DNA of 51,620 bases from Perkinsus chesapeaki ATCC PRA-425 (Eukaryota > Protista > Perkinsozoa), in the NCBI GenBank assembly GCA_013115145.1, contig JAAPAO010000218.1, positions 1 to 51,620 on the forward strand, given 5' to 3'. A program made the translations under genes and the position numbers. How positions within the stretch are numbered: position 1 is the stretch's first letter; each line of letters opens with the position of its first letter. Under the pieces are notes generated by a model. It saw only the letters and a program-made list of their open reading frames with translations, was not told the origin of the DNA and did no database searches. Positions 25,538 through 37,889 of the stretch are shown piece by piece.

Positions 25538-26565
25538 ATGGCGACATCGAAGGTGTGTGGAATGTCAGACGCCAGTACTGAAACTGGTGCGGATATCAAC
25601 GTAAGGCTTGTCATGCCTCCGTGTGGTTTTCAAGCGTGATTTTGACGGGGCTTTACTCTAGTCGTGATTGTCATGATCACTTGTGTCCTCCTCGTTTTGT
25701 GGTATTGGTGGTGATGCCATTTTTAAGAGTGGTGATGGAAGTTTCGGCTTATTATTATCGGTTATTGCTGAGGGTCGCCTTCCCTGGGCTTCCTAGATGT
25801 TTTTTGTCCTCTTCTGCTCAGCCAAGCTTCGATCGCCACTCACCAGCTGCTGGACACTGTCTACTATCCGACTTTGAAGTGGATTTCCTATCTGGTCTGA
25901 TCTGTGACACCGGCTACTCCCTAGTAGAAGACAGCATGACCACCACCGCCCCAGTTCGTAAGAAGGCCCGTACCCCATCACTGCCGAAGGTAGACCTCAA
26001 CCTCATCATACCCTCTAGTCAAAGAAGGTCTTGTACTGCTACAACTAGTAAGTCTGAGGGTGCGCCAAGCAGCTCTTCAGCAGGGTCACATGATAGCACA
26101 CCTGAGAAGGTGTCTAGACGAGGAAGGAAGAAAACTGCTACTTCGTCCTCTGGTATGCCCGAGTTTGAGCGCAACGAGTATCGACGACTTGTGCAACATA
26201 TGGTACGTATGAACAAGGAGTTGGCAGCGCCCTTTATGAAGCCCGTTCCTAAATGGGTCCCTGGTTACTACGAGATGATCACTGTTCCCGTCGATATATC
26301 GATGATACTGAATCGGCTCGATTCTTGGTTCTACGGGTCACGGGCTGACTTTGAAGCTGACATGCGGCAGATGTTCGTCAACGCTTACACCTTCAATCAA
26401 CCAGGTTCTCTCGAGTACGACTACGCCCTCGAGTTGCATTCTATCTTCAACACTATGATGACAACGGCTCTTGATAAAGTGTTGCAGCATATGGCTGAGG
26501 AGCACGAGAGAGAAGTGCAGTCGGCCGTCAGTAGCGGTCGTAAACGTAAGAGACGATCGACATGA
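25538..26565 (+). CDS. Single-bromodomain protein
   Basis: FMKPVPKWVPGYYEMITVPVDISMI...ADMRQMFVNAYTFNQPGSLEY with the conserved Asn; basic C-terminus GRKRKRRST. Probable first exon 25538-25600; second acceptor position uncertain. Confidence 0.88.
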
Positions 26566-26981
26566 AAGGCTTGAAGCCTCGGTCGATATGTTATATAGTG
26601 CTTGCCGACTATTTTTCCTTTCACCACGATTGATTACTGCTGGCTAGTCGCCCTAGGGCTGGAGTTCGCCCTTAATTGCACATTTGTTTAACTCGCTCTG
26701 TAGTATTGGTATTCTTTTTGCAACTCTTGACTGAGGCTTTAGTTAGTGAATAAGAGATCTCCTCCATACCACCAACATGCAATGGCGCGTCACGCAGCCA
26801 TCTGCACGCAAAAGCAAGTCGTTTCTCGATGTCCGCCTGCTCAAAGAACTACGTGATAGAACACGTTTCAGACCTAACCTTGGTGACAACTGTTTAACAC
26901 AAGATACGTCGCATTCAGGGCCAGTACTAAATGGTCTGTAATATGCATGACATTGGTAAGGTTTAAACCATGTGTTCGATG

Positions 26982-28310
26982 TCACAAAAACTGTGAGACG
27001 CGCCTCACAGGAGCACCTGGTGCACCTGCAAAGGAATTGTGCGTCCCAGATTCAAGTACGGCAAGTCAGCCTTACCACCACTTCCTAGTCCAATGTAGCT
27101 CATTAGGGCGTCGAATGACGACTGCTGTCCATCGTGTTGTTCTTGGTCAGACGGGAGCATAGAGGCTGACCCTACTGAATACCTCACACCAGTGGCTTCC
27201 GATGGTCTGCCCCCGGCTGCCTGAGAATGTGAAACATAAAGTTCAAGGCTATCGGTGGGAGATGAGCTCTACCTCGTCTCCCTCGCGCTGGCCATTAGAA
27301 CGGTATAGTGGAGGCATCTGGGTTCTCATTTGGTCTCGAAGGTCCTGCTCCTGCTCCCGAACCTAGAACCAGAAACAGTATTCACCAATCTGAAAAGCAT
27401 GAAGGTACTGCTCGTCGATGGTCTTGAAACAATGTCGCGTTGTCCATAGCTCCATTGAAGTTCGGGTCTCGCAGGAGGAGTTGGCGCAGTCGCTGAAGCT
27501 CATAATTCCTGTGGAAGTAAGCGTATAAGGAATGAACGTTACTGTTGCGAACCTACAGTGTGTCTCTTTCGAAACGGAGCTGGTCATTTTCAACTTGTTG
27601 GAGAGTTATCTGACGTTGCTGCTCTCGTAGCCGCTTCAATATCTAACACTAGAGATCCACCTGCTGTCACACAACAACTCACCCTTTTGTCACAGAGACC
27701 CGACACATCCGAAATAGCGTGTTGGTACTCCATTGCGGTTTCATCTATTTTTCGGGACAGTCGCCTGAAAGACGCTAAAGCGCTGCCTCGTAGCTCGGTC
27801 TACCTCTCAATCTGCTGGAGGCGCTGGAAACTATCCCAAAACTCTTGAAGACGGAGGTCCAGGCCTTCCTTGAGGATCTTTATGTTAGGGTCGATACTAG
27901 ACGCCCCGTCAGGCAACTACAAAGCACGATTAATGGGGATAATGTGAGAAAGCACATACCCTCATTTTCCCTTCTTCGTCCATATAAGGCTCGAGGAGTA
28001 TTGCCAACCTCTCTTTATCACTCACCAACGTGCTGTTGGCTGCGGCAATCTCGGCGAGTTGCTCCTGGTATCTGCCGTTTACGTGTTGAGGTTGTTTAAA
28101 GTTGACGACTTGAATGTTACGTTCGGACAAGGTTCAGTATTTCCTCGTCTCTAGAGAGCGGTGAGCTCGATTCTGGAAAGTACGGTGCGGAAGGTAACAT
28201 CACAACGATAACAGCAGACGGCTCTTTGTCGACTTCACTCGGGGAAATAACGCAACCACACAGGACAGGGTACCAGCTAGACGACAAAGGCGCGATAAGC
28301 CGCTGAACAT
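26982..28310 (-). CDS. Coiled-coil protein of unknown function, multi-exon
   Basis: ATG 28310 after a taacag acceptor. In-phase exons give EEILNLVRT|YQEQLAEIAAAN, LQEFWDSFQRLQQIER|RLSRKIDET, ILKRLREQQRQITLQQVENDQLRFERDTL and final ...APVRRVSQFL*. Confidence 0.6.
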
Positions 28311-28388
28311 GCAACTGTTAAGAAGTCAATTATCACTAAGGTAGGAGTATGTTACAAAGGTACAAGCAAGCAATTGGTAAAGGGATGG

Positions 28389-31300
28389 TCAATCTCTAGC
28401 AGAAGTGAACCTGTCTTTTAGGGATTGAAGGTACTGGAAGACAACCGTCACAGCCGCTCTAGTTGGATCGTCATCGAATTTGTCCGGGTGCCACAATGCC
28501 TGACGTCATAGAAAAATTACCAACACCGTCAACATTAGCCCCACCTGAAGTTGTCTGAACGCCTTCCGCCTCGTGTCAACATCCACGCTATCGATGTGGC
28601 ATTGAGTCCATTCCAAGATATCTGCCTCAACCTGGGCGGGGGGAGATGATAGAGTTGGGGTAGTCAGGAACTCCTCACCTCATGTATCGGGTCCCTGCCC
28701 GGCGCAATAAGGGATGGCCGTCGCTTGGGGTTGATCCTATCGGGTATAGCCAGATCTCCTGTGCCTGGAAGAGTGGAACTAGAAGCACTGTGCGCAGTGG
28801 AGGGCTCTGTACCGCCGTCGAATGACCACATGTGGCTCTTTCGCTTCTCCGGTCGAGATGATCCCAATACTTCGCTGTGATGGCGTACCTGATGGCACAA
28901 TTACCAATAAATTAGTTGCTAATCCTCGATAGAAAGAGTGTGCTTCCGGACTCTGCGTTGTTACCCAGCGGCTCCCTCCAAGGGACGGTGCCTTAAGCCT
29001 TGACGGCCTCCTGTCATGCACTGTCTTGCGGCCGCCGTTCCTATGGTGCGCAGGCCTGAACGGAACCTGCCATCTCTACCATGAAGACCTTCCGAGAATC
29101 ACCGAGAGAAAGTCTCCCCATGGACGGTGTTCCTGTATTTGCTGCTGCTGAAAGAGCTACCGATCGGATCGTAATCTGTACCTGTCGCATCACACTTCCA
29201 CACGATACCATACACTAGACTCACTTGCTGTGTTGTCAAAGGGGCTGTCCGTTCTCCCTGTGGCCTCAGGCGTGATGGGTGTTGATGGTTTGCCGCTCTC
29301 TGATAGATCCGATGGCGTCAGTTGCGGTTTACTTCGGACCGTTGAACCGCGTGCATAACCGATAGGATCCTGAGACTTCCTAATAGAGATCCAGTCGAAC
29401 AGGGGTTCACCTCCTCTGCCGCGATACTAGCCAGGTGCTTAGCGCGGTGCCTCCTCCACAACCAAAGTCCAACAGCCGCAATCAATACCACAACGCCGGA
29501 TATAGCCGAGGCCAATATTATCAGCATGGAAGAGCCTCCGCTGACTGGCGCAGGACCTGACACATAGAATGCACGACTCACTCGGCGCGCCGAAATGGTA
29601 CTCGTAGTTGTCAGATTTTCTTGTTGCTGCCGGGCTTCCCACCAAGCCGGCGCCACTCCAATATCAACACCGGACACAACAAGCTGCGTAGTAGATGGAA
29701 CGTTGTCTTTGAAATTAATGAACTGAGGTGCGGACCTGCACCTTGGAATCACACCACCGACCGAGCTCATTAGAAATGGCGTACCCGGGCGGCTTTGTCG
29801 AGTAATGCTCTTTGATGACGGTGCGCGTGCTGGGCGTACCCAAGATGGCACTAATCCCTAAGCAGTATGGCGATTTGGCAACTGAGGTATAATAAGGCCT
29901 ACCCCCTCTGGTTCGCACAATAAGAGACATCTCGCCAACGCTCAACCGCTGAGTTGTAACCGCTATGTTAAGCAGGACGTGCTTGGTGAGAGTGCTGGCT
30001 CTAGCTGTCACCACAGGCACGGCAGATACCTGCGAGAAGTGGATGCTCAGGAGACTGTCGACGATCCTTACCATGTCTAGTGTGAATCTCCCGGTCGGCT
30101 GAGTAATGTTCGACAGTAGTGATTCTGTGCCTAAGTTATTGACAGAAAATATAAATAAGCGACTGCGACGCGGAAGCTGTCTACGCAGGAAGCTGGCTGA
30201 GTCTGCTAGGTAATCTCGAAGGCTGTATGCAATCTCCTCTGAGTAGTAAGAGTCGTCCGGTGGAGCCAGCAACTACGGCGATGACTGGATAAAGAGTATG
30301 ATATTAGAAAGCATACCGTGAGTGTGACGAGGATCGGCCCGCCGGTGATGGCGTCAACGTCACGAAGCTCCAGGCGCAGGAAAGGCGCTGTGGATGACAT
30401 CGACAGGGAAATGCTGAGGAAACACAATACTGGGTATTTGGCGAGCAGCGAGCCTACCTCCGGAGCAGTGTGATGGCGGCAGCCATCTGTGTGATGTCGG
30501 ACACAACCGGGATGCCAACCACTAGAGTCACCTGTACAAGATACAGTAGAGGGTGTATGCGAAAAGAGGTAGCACGTACATCCAAAGAGAGATGATGGGA
30601 GCATGCTGTCTGTGAAGTGGAGCCATCCGTCCAGCCTAGATCACAGGTACCTGTCACATGGGATGACTCAGAGGAGCTCTAGTTAGGTGTGCTACATTCG
30701 GTTGCTGCTAGTATCCAGTCTTCTAAGGATAGACCGATAGTCCCAGTTGTCGACGATACAGAGCAGGTGCTGTGCTCCGGACCTGAACCAACCAAGTGAC
30801 AAGCCACGCGGCAGCTGCTGCTGCCCACTTACACTGTCGTGACTGGCAAGGGTCGCTAGGTGGAGGGCTCTCGCACCACGCGCCACTATAGCCATCGGTG
30901 CATTGGCACCCCAGCTTTCCGGTCTGAGCATCCATCACAGAGCATCGGCCATGCAGACCGCAGTCGACGGTATGGCACAGGTCACTGGTCGGCTCGCAGA
31001 GCATCTGGAGGAAGCGGGCTGGACAACGCATCTCAGCTGGTGGCTCACGAAGTCGCTCTCGTCACCGTTGTTCCAACCTGTCACCTCTTTTTTCATCACG
31101 GATAGATTACAGAGACCGGTCCTGCTGTCATACCTGACAAACGCACCGTCCCGATAGCACCGGCATCGTCTGGAGGCAAGCTTACTCAATATTCTCGCAC
31201 GCCCCGAAACTCAGGCAGAAGAGCTTGCACTCTTCCAAGGACGGCAGTGTTCTGCTCTGATGATCGTTACCTGAGCAATCATTGGCCCAGTTGAGGCTCT

Positions 31301-34300
31301 GGCGCGGCCTACCTGAGACGCCGCTGTTCGGCCAGCACTTCCAACCGATCCCACAGAACTGCCAGGTGTCTGCGGGGAAGAAGTCATCGTGCCAGACGGC
31401 AGCTCCTTTGCATTTGCACCACTCCCGATCCTGGAGACAACTGGAGTCCCTCTGGTGGCGACCGAAGGTCCTACCGACGAACCCTCTGTGAACTTGCAGC
31501 AGCCTCGGTTACTTCTTGTCGAACACCGTGCTCCTGAACGGAATGGATACTCCTGAGAACAGTGCAGCTAGCAGTCACCTCTGTAGGTCCAGTCCTCTTC
31601 ACATACGCACGCGCTGACGTTCACAGGGCTGCCGGGCCTGGCGCTGGTCACGTCTATCGGCGAGCCTGCGGCCTCCAGACAGTGTCGATGAGTGTACCTA
31701 TGCAGCGACATTCATGCTGAATCACTCAGTGCTCGCTTACGGGTCCGTGCCGCACTGCCTCTCGCAGTCAGCTCCTATGACGCCTTCGCTGCACAAGCAG
31801 GTCACAGTGTCTCCCGAGCCTAAATACAAGTGACCGAGCAGTGCCGAACCTGCTTACTTTGGCAAGTCCCATAGTCGCCACAGGCAACATCCGAGCCGCT
31901 GCAGCCATCCGAGCCGGTGCCCCCACCGTCCGTGGTGTTTGTGGGGGTAGGCGTCACCGGCGTCTGAGTCAATGAGCCATGTGGTCCCAAGCTAGTGAGC
32001 TCGGCTGCTCACCCTGATGTTGAGCGAGCTGCAGTCAGCGCCTTGGTAGCCCCGATAGCAGACGCACTGGCCGTGATGGCAGGTACCTGGCATTGCAGCA
32101 ATCACATCCCGAGCCTTCGGGGTTTCTCACCACTGGAACATTCGACCGAGCTCCACCCGGATCCTTCCGGGTCGCAAAGATTCCCGTAGTTGGCGACTCT
32201 GTTGGGCAACTGAGAGGGACGAGGGTAGATAGGAGTCGGAGAGGAAGCTTACGGGGTTCGCTCGAAAGCTGTCGACTGGAAGATTGACAAGGACGTCGTG
32301 GACAGTTGTGAACTTCAGACCATCGAAACGGTCAACGCTCACCCAGCCAGAGGAAGGCCCATCTGAGTGAAAGATGTTTCCAAGGAAGCACAGAAGCCTG
32401 AGCCGACCTCCTAGAACTCGGAAGCAACGGACAGTCGCCAGGGAGGAGAACACGGCAATCGAGTAGGAAATACAGGCGGCAGGCGGAGTTCCTGAGCAGG
32501 TTGAATGGGTCCAACGGCAGAGAGCGAGACCCACTATAAGAAGGCTCGAGCTCATCCATGCACCCGTCATCTGAGTACCAGAGAACGCTGCACGCCCCTA
32601 CGGCACGCCAGACTCTGTTGAACCTGGCAAGAAATACGAGAGTCGTCTAAGAAAATCGGTGCCTACGTCTCTTGTGTGGTAAGGAAAAACCCGCCGTCGG
32701 CGGAAGCCGTGTCGATCTCAACTGGGCGCTCAGTGCCAACGCTGCCGGTCCCTAGGGCGGCCCGGCCCTCTCCGGTGTCACCCCAACACACGACTGTCCC
32801 AGATGCATCAGTCTAAAGCGAAAATGCCATAGTAGAAATGAAGTCGAGGCTCACCAAGCATGCGTTGCTTTCACCACAAGTAAGCTCCGCTGGCACTGTC
32901 CCAGTGGTCAGGGTTGATGTGAGAAGGTGGGCGCCTGGAACGGCACAGATCACTGGCAGGTTATGCAAGGGCTTACCAGAGCTCAGAGAGGCGGCTCCGA
33001 GCTGACCATTAGTATTGCCACCCGCACAGGTTAACTGGTCATCGCCGTGGATGAAGCAGACGAAGTCTCGACCGCAACACATGTGGGAGACATCGTTGGC
33101 AGGAAATTGTGTGAGGGTCTGGTAGATAGCTGAGAGGATAAAAGACATGCTGAACACCACCATGCAGAGTCCGAGTGGGCAAACAGCCAGACAAATGGAG
33201 CACGAACTCGCAATGTGCATACGAGCCTTTCCACGAGTACAGGACATAGCATTATAAATACATGTTATATAGTATAACCCATGCAGGAGGATCTATGGTA
33301 TAAAAGCGTATAGGAGATACGGCGGGTAGAAAGGAATATCAGCTGGCCAACAGAGGAGTTTAGAGATGGATACCGACCTACCACTATCAAAGACACCAGG
33401 TACGTAGCCTGCACACTGAAGTGCACCATCGTGCCCCAGGACACATGTGAAGGTGAGCCCAGTACAAATATCTGCTATGTGCTGAGACGGCATCAATGCA
33501 GCTGGAAGGTTGTCTCCTGAGCGAAGGCTCCGTTGTAGGTGGTGGGGGAAGCCCTACCCATATGGGAGATATGTCTCCCTCTCGAGAGAACATCGCCGTA
33601 TCCGAGCTGACCGTAGTTGTTGAACCCCCAGCATTTCAAGATATCTCGTCCAGTGGTGCCATAGCCATCTGACAAATGCGTATTCTCAAAAAAGTGAATG
33701 CTTACAGATTTCCCATCTTGCGCAATACGAAAGCCCCACAGAAATCTTCAGAATCCAAGTGCTGTAATGCCTGCCCGGAACTCTCACCTACAACGGCGCA
33801 AAAGTGGTAGTATGCTCCTGCTATTTGTTTGACTGGAAGGTCGGAGGTGCCCAAGTTAACGAATAGGGCATCCTCGAAGCCTCGGGAGAGGTAAGACATC
33901 CCCAGTCCAAGTGCCTGAGCCGAGGGAGGTCGCAAGTTCGATCCCGAGCGCACGCAACTCGACTGTATGGACCCTACCCCGTCTTTGTTGCTTCCCCAGC
34001 ACTTCACCTTGTGCTCTATCAAGATACAGTCCGTCACGCGCCCAGTGACAACTTGCTCCACATTGGTCTCAATTATCCTGACCAAAGACCATGCCCCACC
34101 GTGTAAAGCTATACGGGAGCCTGTCTACGGGAGCTGCTCTCCAGTGCCGCCTAAGGACTTCGACCACTCCTCCCCTACAGGCCCGCCGGCCTGCAGGTCA
34201 TCGGCGAGGCCCCAACACTTCAGTCCGCCTGAGAATGCACTCTAGTGCTAATGGTCGCTAAACTGGGACGTACCCTTGACGGCGCCGATGCCATCCACAG

Positions 34301-37300
34301 TTACACATAGGTGGTCGACACCTGCACTGACGCTGGTAACGGACAGGGGTTGCGAGGCTTCGAGGACCTTCGAGTCGGAAATAGTATCAAGCGGCAGGGA
34401 GTCATCGTGCTCACTCGTAGCGATAGATTGAAAACATGGATGCCCGTGGGTAGCTTGAATTCTAAATGACGGAACGCTAATTGATTTGCGGCTCCGAGGG
34501 AGCAGGTGAGCACCGCCATAGACCTGCAAAGAGGCATCGGTATGGGTGCCGTTATGCAGTGAATAAGAGCTCTTACGCTCCCTGCCATTGCACAAGACTA
34601 TGGCCAGATACTGGACACGATACGGTTCGTCCAGAGGAGCAACGGGACTCGCTGGGGCAGAGGGTTACGTGGAAAACGCTGGCAGCGACATCAGAGGCGG
34701 AGATTAGTAAGGATACCTGTAAAAAGGTATTGGATAGGAGAGATAAGAGCGGCTTGCTACCTCAGATACGAGAGCCGGTTTGCCGAGGTCCACTGCTGCT
34801 ACACAGTGGCTTCCCACTGTAGCGCCCACGGCCCAGGCTCTGAGGCGGGCAAGAATGTGATAGTTAAGTAGCTCTCAGGTGACGCAGTTAATGCGGAAGG
34901 ATCAGCGCTTAGTGTAGTTGGTTTAGGAACGATGTGGAGAGGCTGCAAGTTGCGGGTGAATTCCGCAACGTGCTGACCTAGCACACAAAGTATAATGGAC
35001 TTACGTTGTGACATCATCATCTGAAGCATCATTGACGGTACCGGTACACTCGGTTGTCGGGGAGAGAATGGATTTCACGACCCTCGAAGACCCGGGTGAC
35101 GTCACTTTGTAGAAGGCTATGTAACCCGAACGAACGGTGGTGCACGTGACGAAATCCGTGCCTGTCGGTGAAAGCACGTCTGATCCAGCAAAGCCAACCG
35201 CCCCTACTGGAAGTGCTGAAGCATGCTCCGTCACTCATGCGGATGCTGACCGCCCCGCACGAGGGCGACTCCAAACAGGCATCGAGACAACCATACCCTG
35301 ACGGCGAGAGGGTGCAGTCAGCCCAATTGGTAAATGGTACCAGTGACGCCTGACATCCTCGCTCTCTGGACACCGCATTGCTCGCAGTTAACACACGGGG
35401 CCAGGCCCATTCTGGAGCTGTAACCCTTCATGTGCACGCACGAAGCAGTGGTGGCTCCCTAACAAGTGGGTGGACAATGGCTCAGATGAACCACAACGGC
35501 GTACTTCTACGACGCTGCCGAGCCGACACTTGTGGAAGGAACCGGCGCCGTCGCAGTCCAAGTCGTACACTCCTCCGCAGTTCAAATCGTCTGTACATTC
35601 ATCCGTCGCTTGCGTCAATGAGCTGTACTCCGTACCGTATCTAATATAAATACCGAATACACAGGGCTTCCTTACATTCTAGACCCTTACCGTGCGCCTG
35701 TTGGGCAGTAAGAGCCGAGTACGCTGGCGAAGCTCGCATTTCCTGTCACGTCATCGACACCTGGTTTTCGACCTGCAACACAGTTAGTTGGCAAGGTGCA
35801 GTATGGCTTCGACCGTGGCTCACCGATGTCCACCGCTTTAATGCTTGAGGCGTGCGCAATAACACTGCTTCCGACAGAGCCGTACCGGAGCTGCCCGTAT
35901 CTGTCACTCATTTGTCTCGTTGGCACTTAGTATTGATAGTTACTCATTCCGTGTGCCCCAACACTTGAGCTCCATCGTTGGCGTTATAGCACAGCCCCAG
36001 TTATCCCTCAGTGACATCTTCGGCAGTATCGACTTACGAAGTGAATTCACAGGAACTGAGACACGGAGGACTGCTGTGGGTAAATATGGACGGGAGTCTC
36101 ACTTGTAGCACGGCCCAAGGCTCGCATACGCCGCTCGTTGCCATTACTGGTATCGGTCGCTTGCCAGTGGACTTGTATGAAGGAGCCCCACGGGGGGTCC
36201 TCTGAACGAGAAAAACAAGCAATGACATTGTGGAAATGCATCGGTATAACCAAGCTCAAATGCCAACTTATAAGCGGTTCTATGGTGTAACGGTTAGCAC
36301 TCCAGACTCTGAATCTGGCGATCTGGGTTCAAATCCCGGTAGAACCTTTTCGAGTCGAATGAAAATTTGTGACAAAAATCTACAGCTTATTGCAAAAGTT
36401 AGTTTTTGCTTATTTCAGCACCCACACTGCTATAACTTTCATTCGGTGTTCCCAAGTGGAGCCAGACCGAGCCTCATGAGCTTATGTCTGCCCCTACCTT
36501 GAAACCTCTTCGGGTTCCCATCGACCAGCTGAACCGCTGCTTTCACTTCCTCGACTGGTATACCGAACGCAACCGCCAACCTCAGTTGTAAATCCGCAAA
36601 ACTGAGGGATGGTAATATGTCTACGGCAGTGAGCCGGCAATTGAGGGTTCTTACGACCGCTTCATCTCCGCTGAGTCTTGGCACCACTCCGCCGAATACT
36701 GCTGTAAAACTTCGACGTTATACACCGATACGGAGGTGTCCACTTTTCTGAGGAGTCGGGAGTCCGCAGATATCACGCGCCTCGCAATGCGTAGCGATCG
36801 GGTATTCCTTCAGTAACGACTGCTCTGCGACGATAGTTTATTGACTCCGGGGAAGCACTGTGATTTTCTTCAGCAACACAATCCTTACTGTGGTCTGACG
36901 CAGAGGTTTCCCTCTCGTGATAGGCCGGCTGCGCATGTGTCGGCACAAGACCCCATGCCGGAGATGGTAGAAGTGACGGAAGTACTATCGTCCGTGAGAT
37001 CTTGGCACAAGTAGTATCTGCAATAGCGTGCACTCTGAGCATCAATGAACCACGAACGAAGCATCCTGTCAGCCGTAACCTAGTCGCGACTTTGCTGGGT
37101 TCGCCAAGTCTGACCCAATACATTGAGCCATTGCATCCGAAGCATTTCAACGTATCTCTTTAGGGACTTGTCGCTTCTCCCAATGGTTTCGACAGATTTT
37201 CAAGCCTTGTTTCACCTGTCAAGCCATGCGTGCCTAGCAATTCCACTTCTAGATTTAGGGCTGCATATTCCCGGCTTGCTCGGGTCTATATCCTCCGCTC

Positions 37301-37470
37301 CCAGCTGATAGAACAGCACCAGTACACCAAAGACAACAAATAACGATATGTTCAGTGGGCTAGGGAAAGGGTTATCTTGGCGTTAAGTAAACTACACAAC
37401 ACCCATCTGGACCATCGACCAAGTATATCCCATATTCAATTGAAAAGTTCGAAGACACCATCCATGGAAA
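28389..37470 (-). CDS. Very large predicted type I membrane protein: RCC1-like repeats, Cys-rich/EGF-like modules, one TM, disordered tail, C-terminal HPD-containing partial J-domain; 5' end may extend to about 38548
   Basis: RCC1-like units (GVDHLCVTVDG, KVKCWGSNKDG, ILKCWGFNNYGQLGYGD, CCGRDFVCFI...GGNTNGQLG, VVCWGDTGEG; 32700-34330 and ~35950). EGF-like CGLHGRC...CQCTDGYSGAWCE (~30880-30980). TM IILASAISGVVVLIAAVGLWLW-RRHR (~29460-29525). Tail RRKAFRQLQ|ALWHPDKFDDD...VVFQYLQSLKDRF; stop at 28389. Many, but not all, junctions were checked for phase. Confidence 0.7.
36276..36347 (+). tRNA. tRNA-Gln (anticodon CTG)
   Basis: 72 nt cloverleaf GGTTCTA...CCAGA-CT-CTG-AA-TCTGG...GGTTCAAATCC...TAGAACC-T, followed by a TTTT terminator. 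Confidence 0.97.
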
Positions 37471-37508
37471 CTGAGATAAGGGATGTGTGTACGAGCTCAT
37501 CCTCGAGC

Positions 37509-37580
37509 GGTTCTATGGTGTAACGGTTAGCACTCCAGACTCTGAATCTGGCGATCTGGGTTCAAATCCCGGTAGAACCT
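37509..37580 (+). tRNA. tRNA-Gln (anticodon CTG), identical second copy
   Basis: Same 72 nt sequence as 36276-36347; no adjacent T4 run. Confidence 0.96.
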
Positions 37581-37737
37581 TGTACAGCATCAACCTGTCT
37601 GGGAAAAGCAGACACTTGTATCGAGCTAAAACATACACTCATTTTGCTTTTTAGTTCCATAACATTCATGCTACAGCATATACAGATTTTCGGTACCGTA
37701 TCCCTCGAGCGCCCCTACCACGACATACGCGAGCATC

Positions 37738-37791
37738 ATCCTAACGTGAGAAGTATCACGAAAAGTTACTATGATACCTCTCACGTAGGAT
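37738..37791. other. Long near-perfect inverted repeat/hairpin (about 20 bp stem, 13 nt loop)
   Basis: atcctaacgtgagaagtatca (37738-37758) pairs with tgatacctctcacgtaggat (37772-37791): 19 Watson-Crick pairs, one bulge, one A-C opposition. Confidence 0.75.
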
Positions 37792-37889
37792 CTTGGCAGT
37801 GATATATGAACTACGTGATATATTCCCATCACTGGGTTAGAGTGATGCACATTTAAAGCGTTTCAAACGGTCTCAGAAATAGCGTCACA

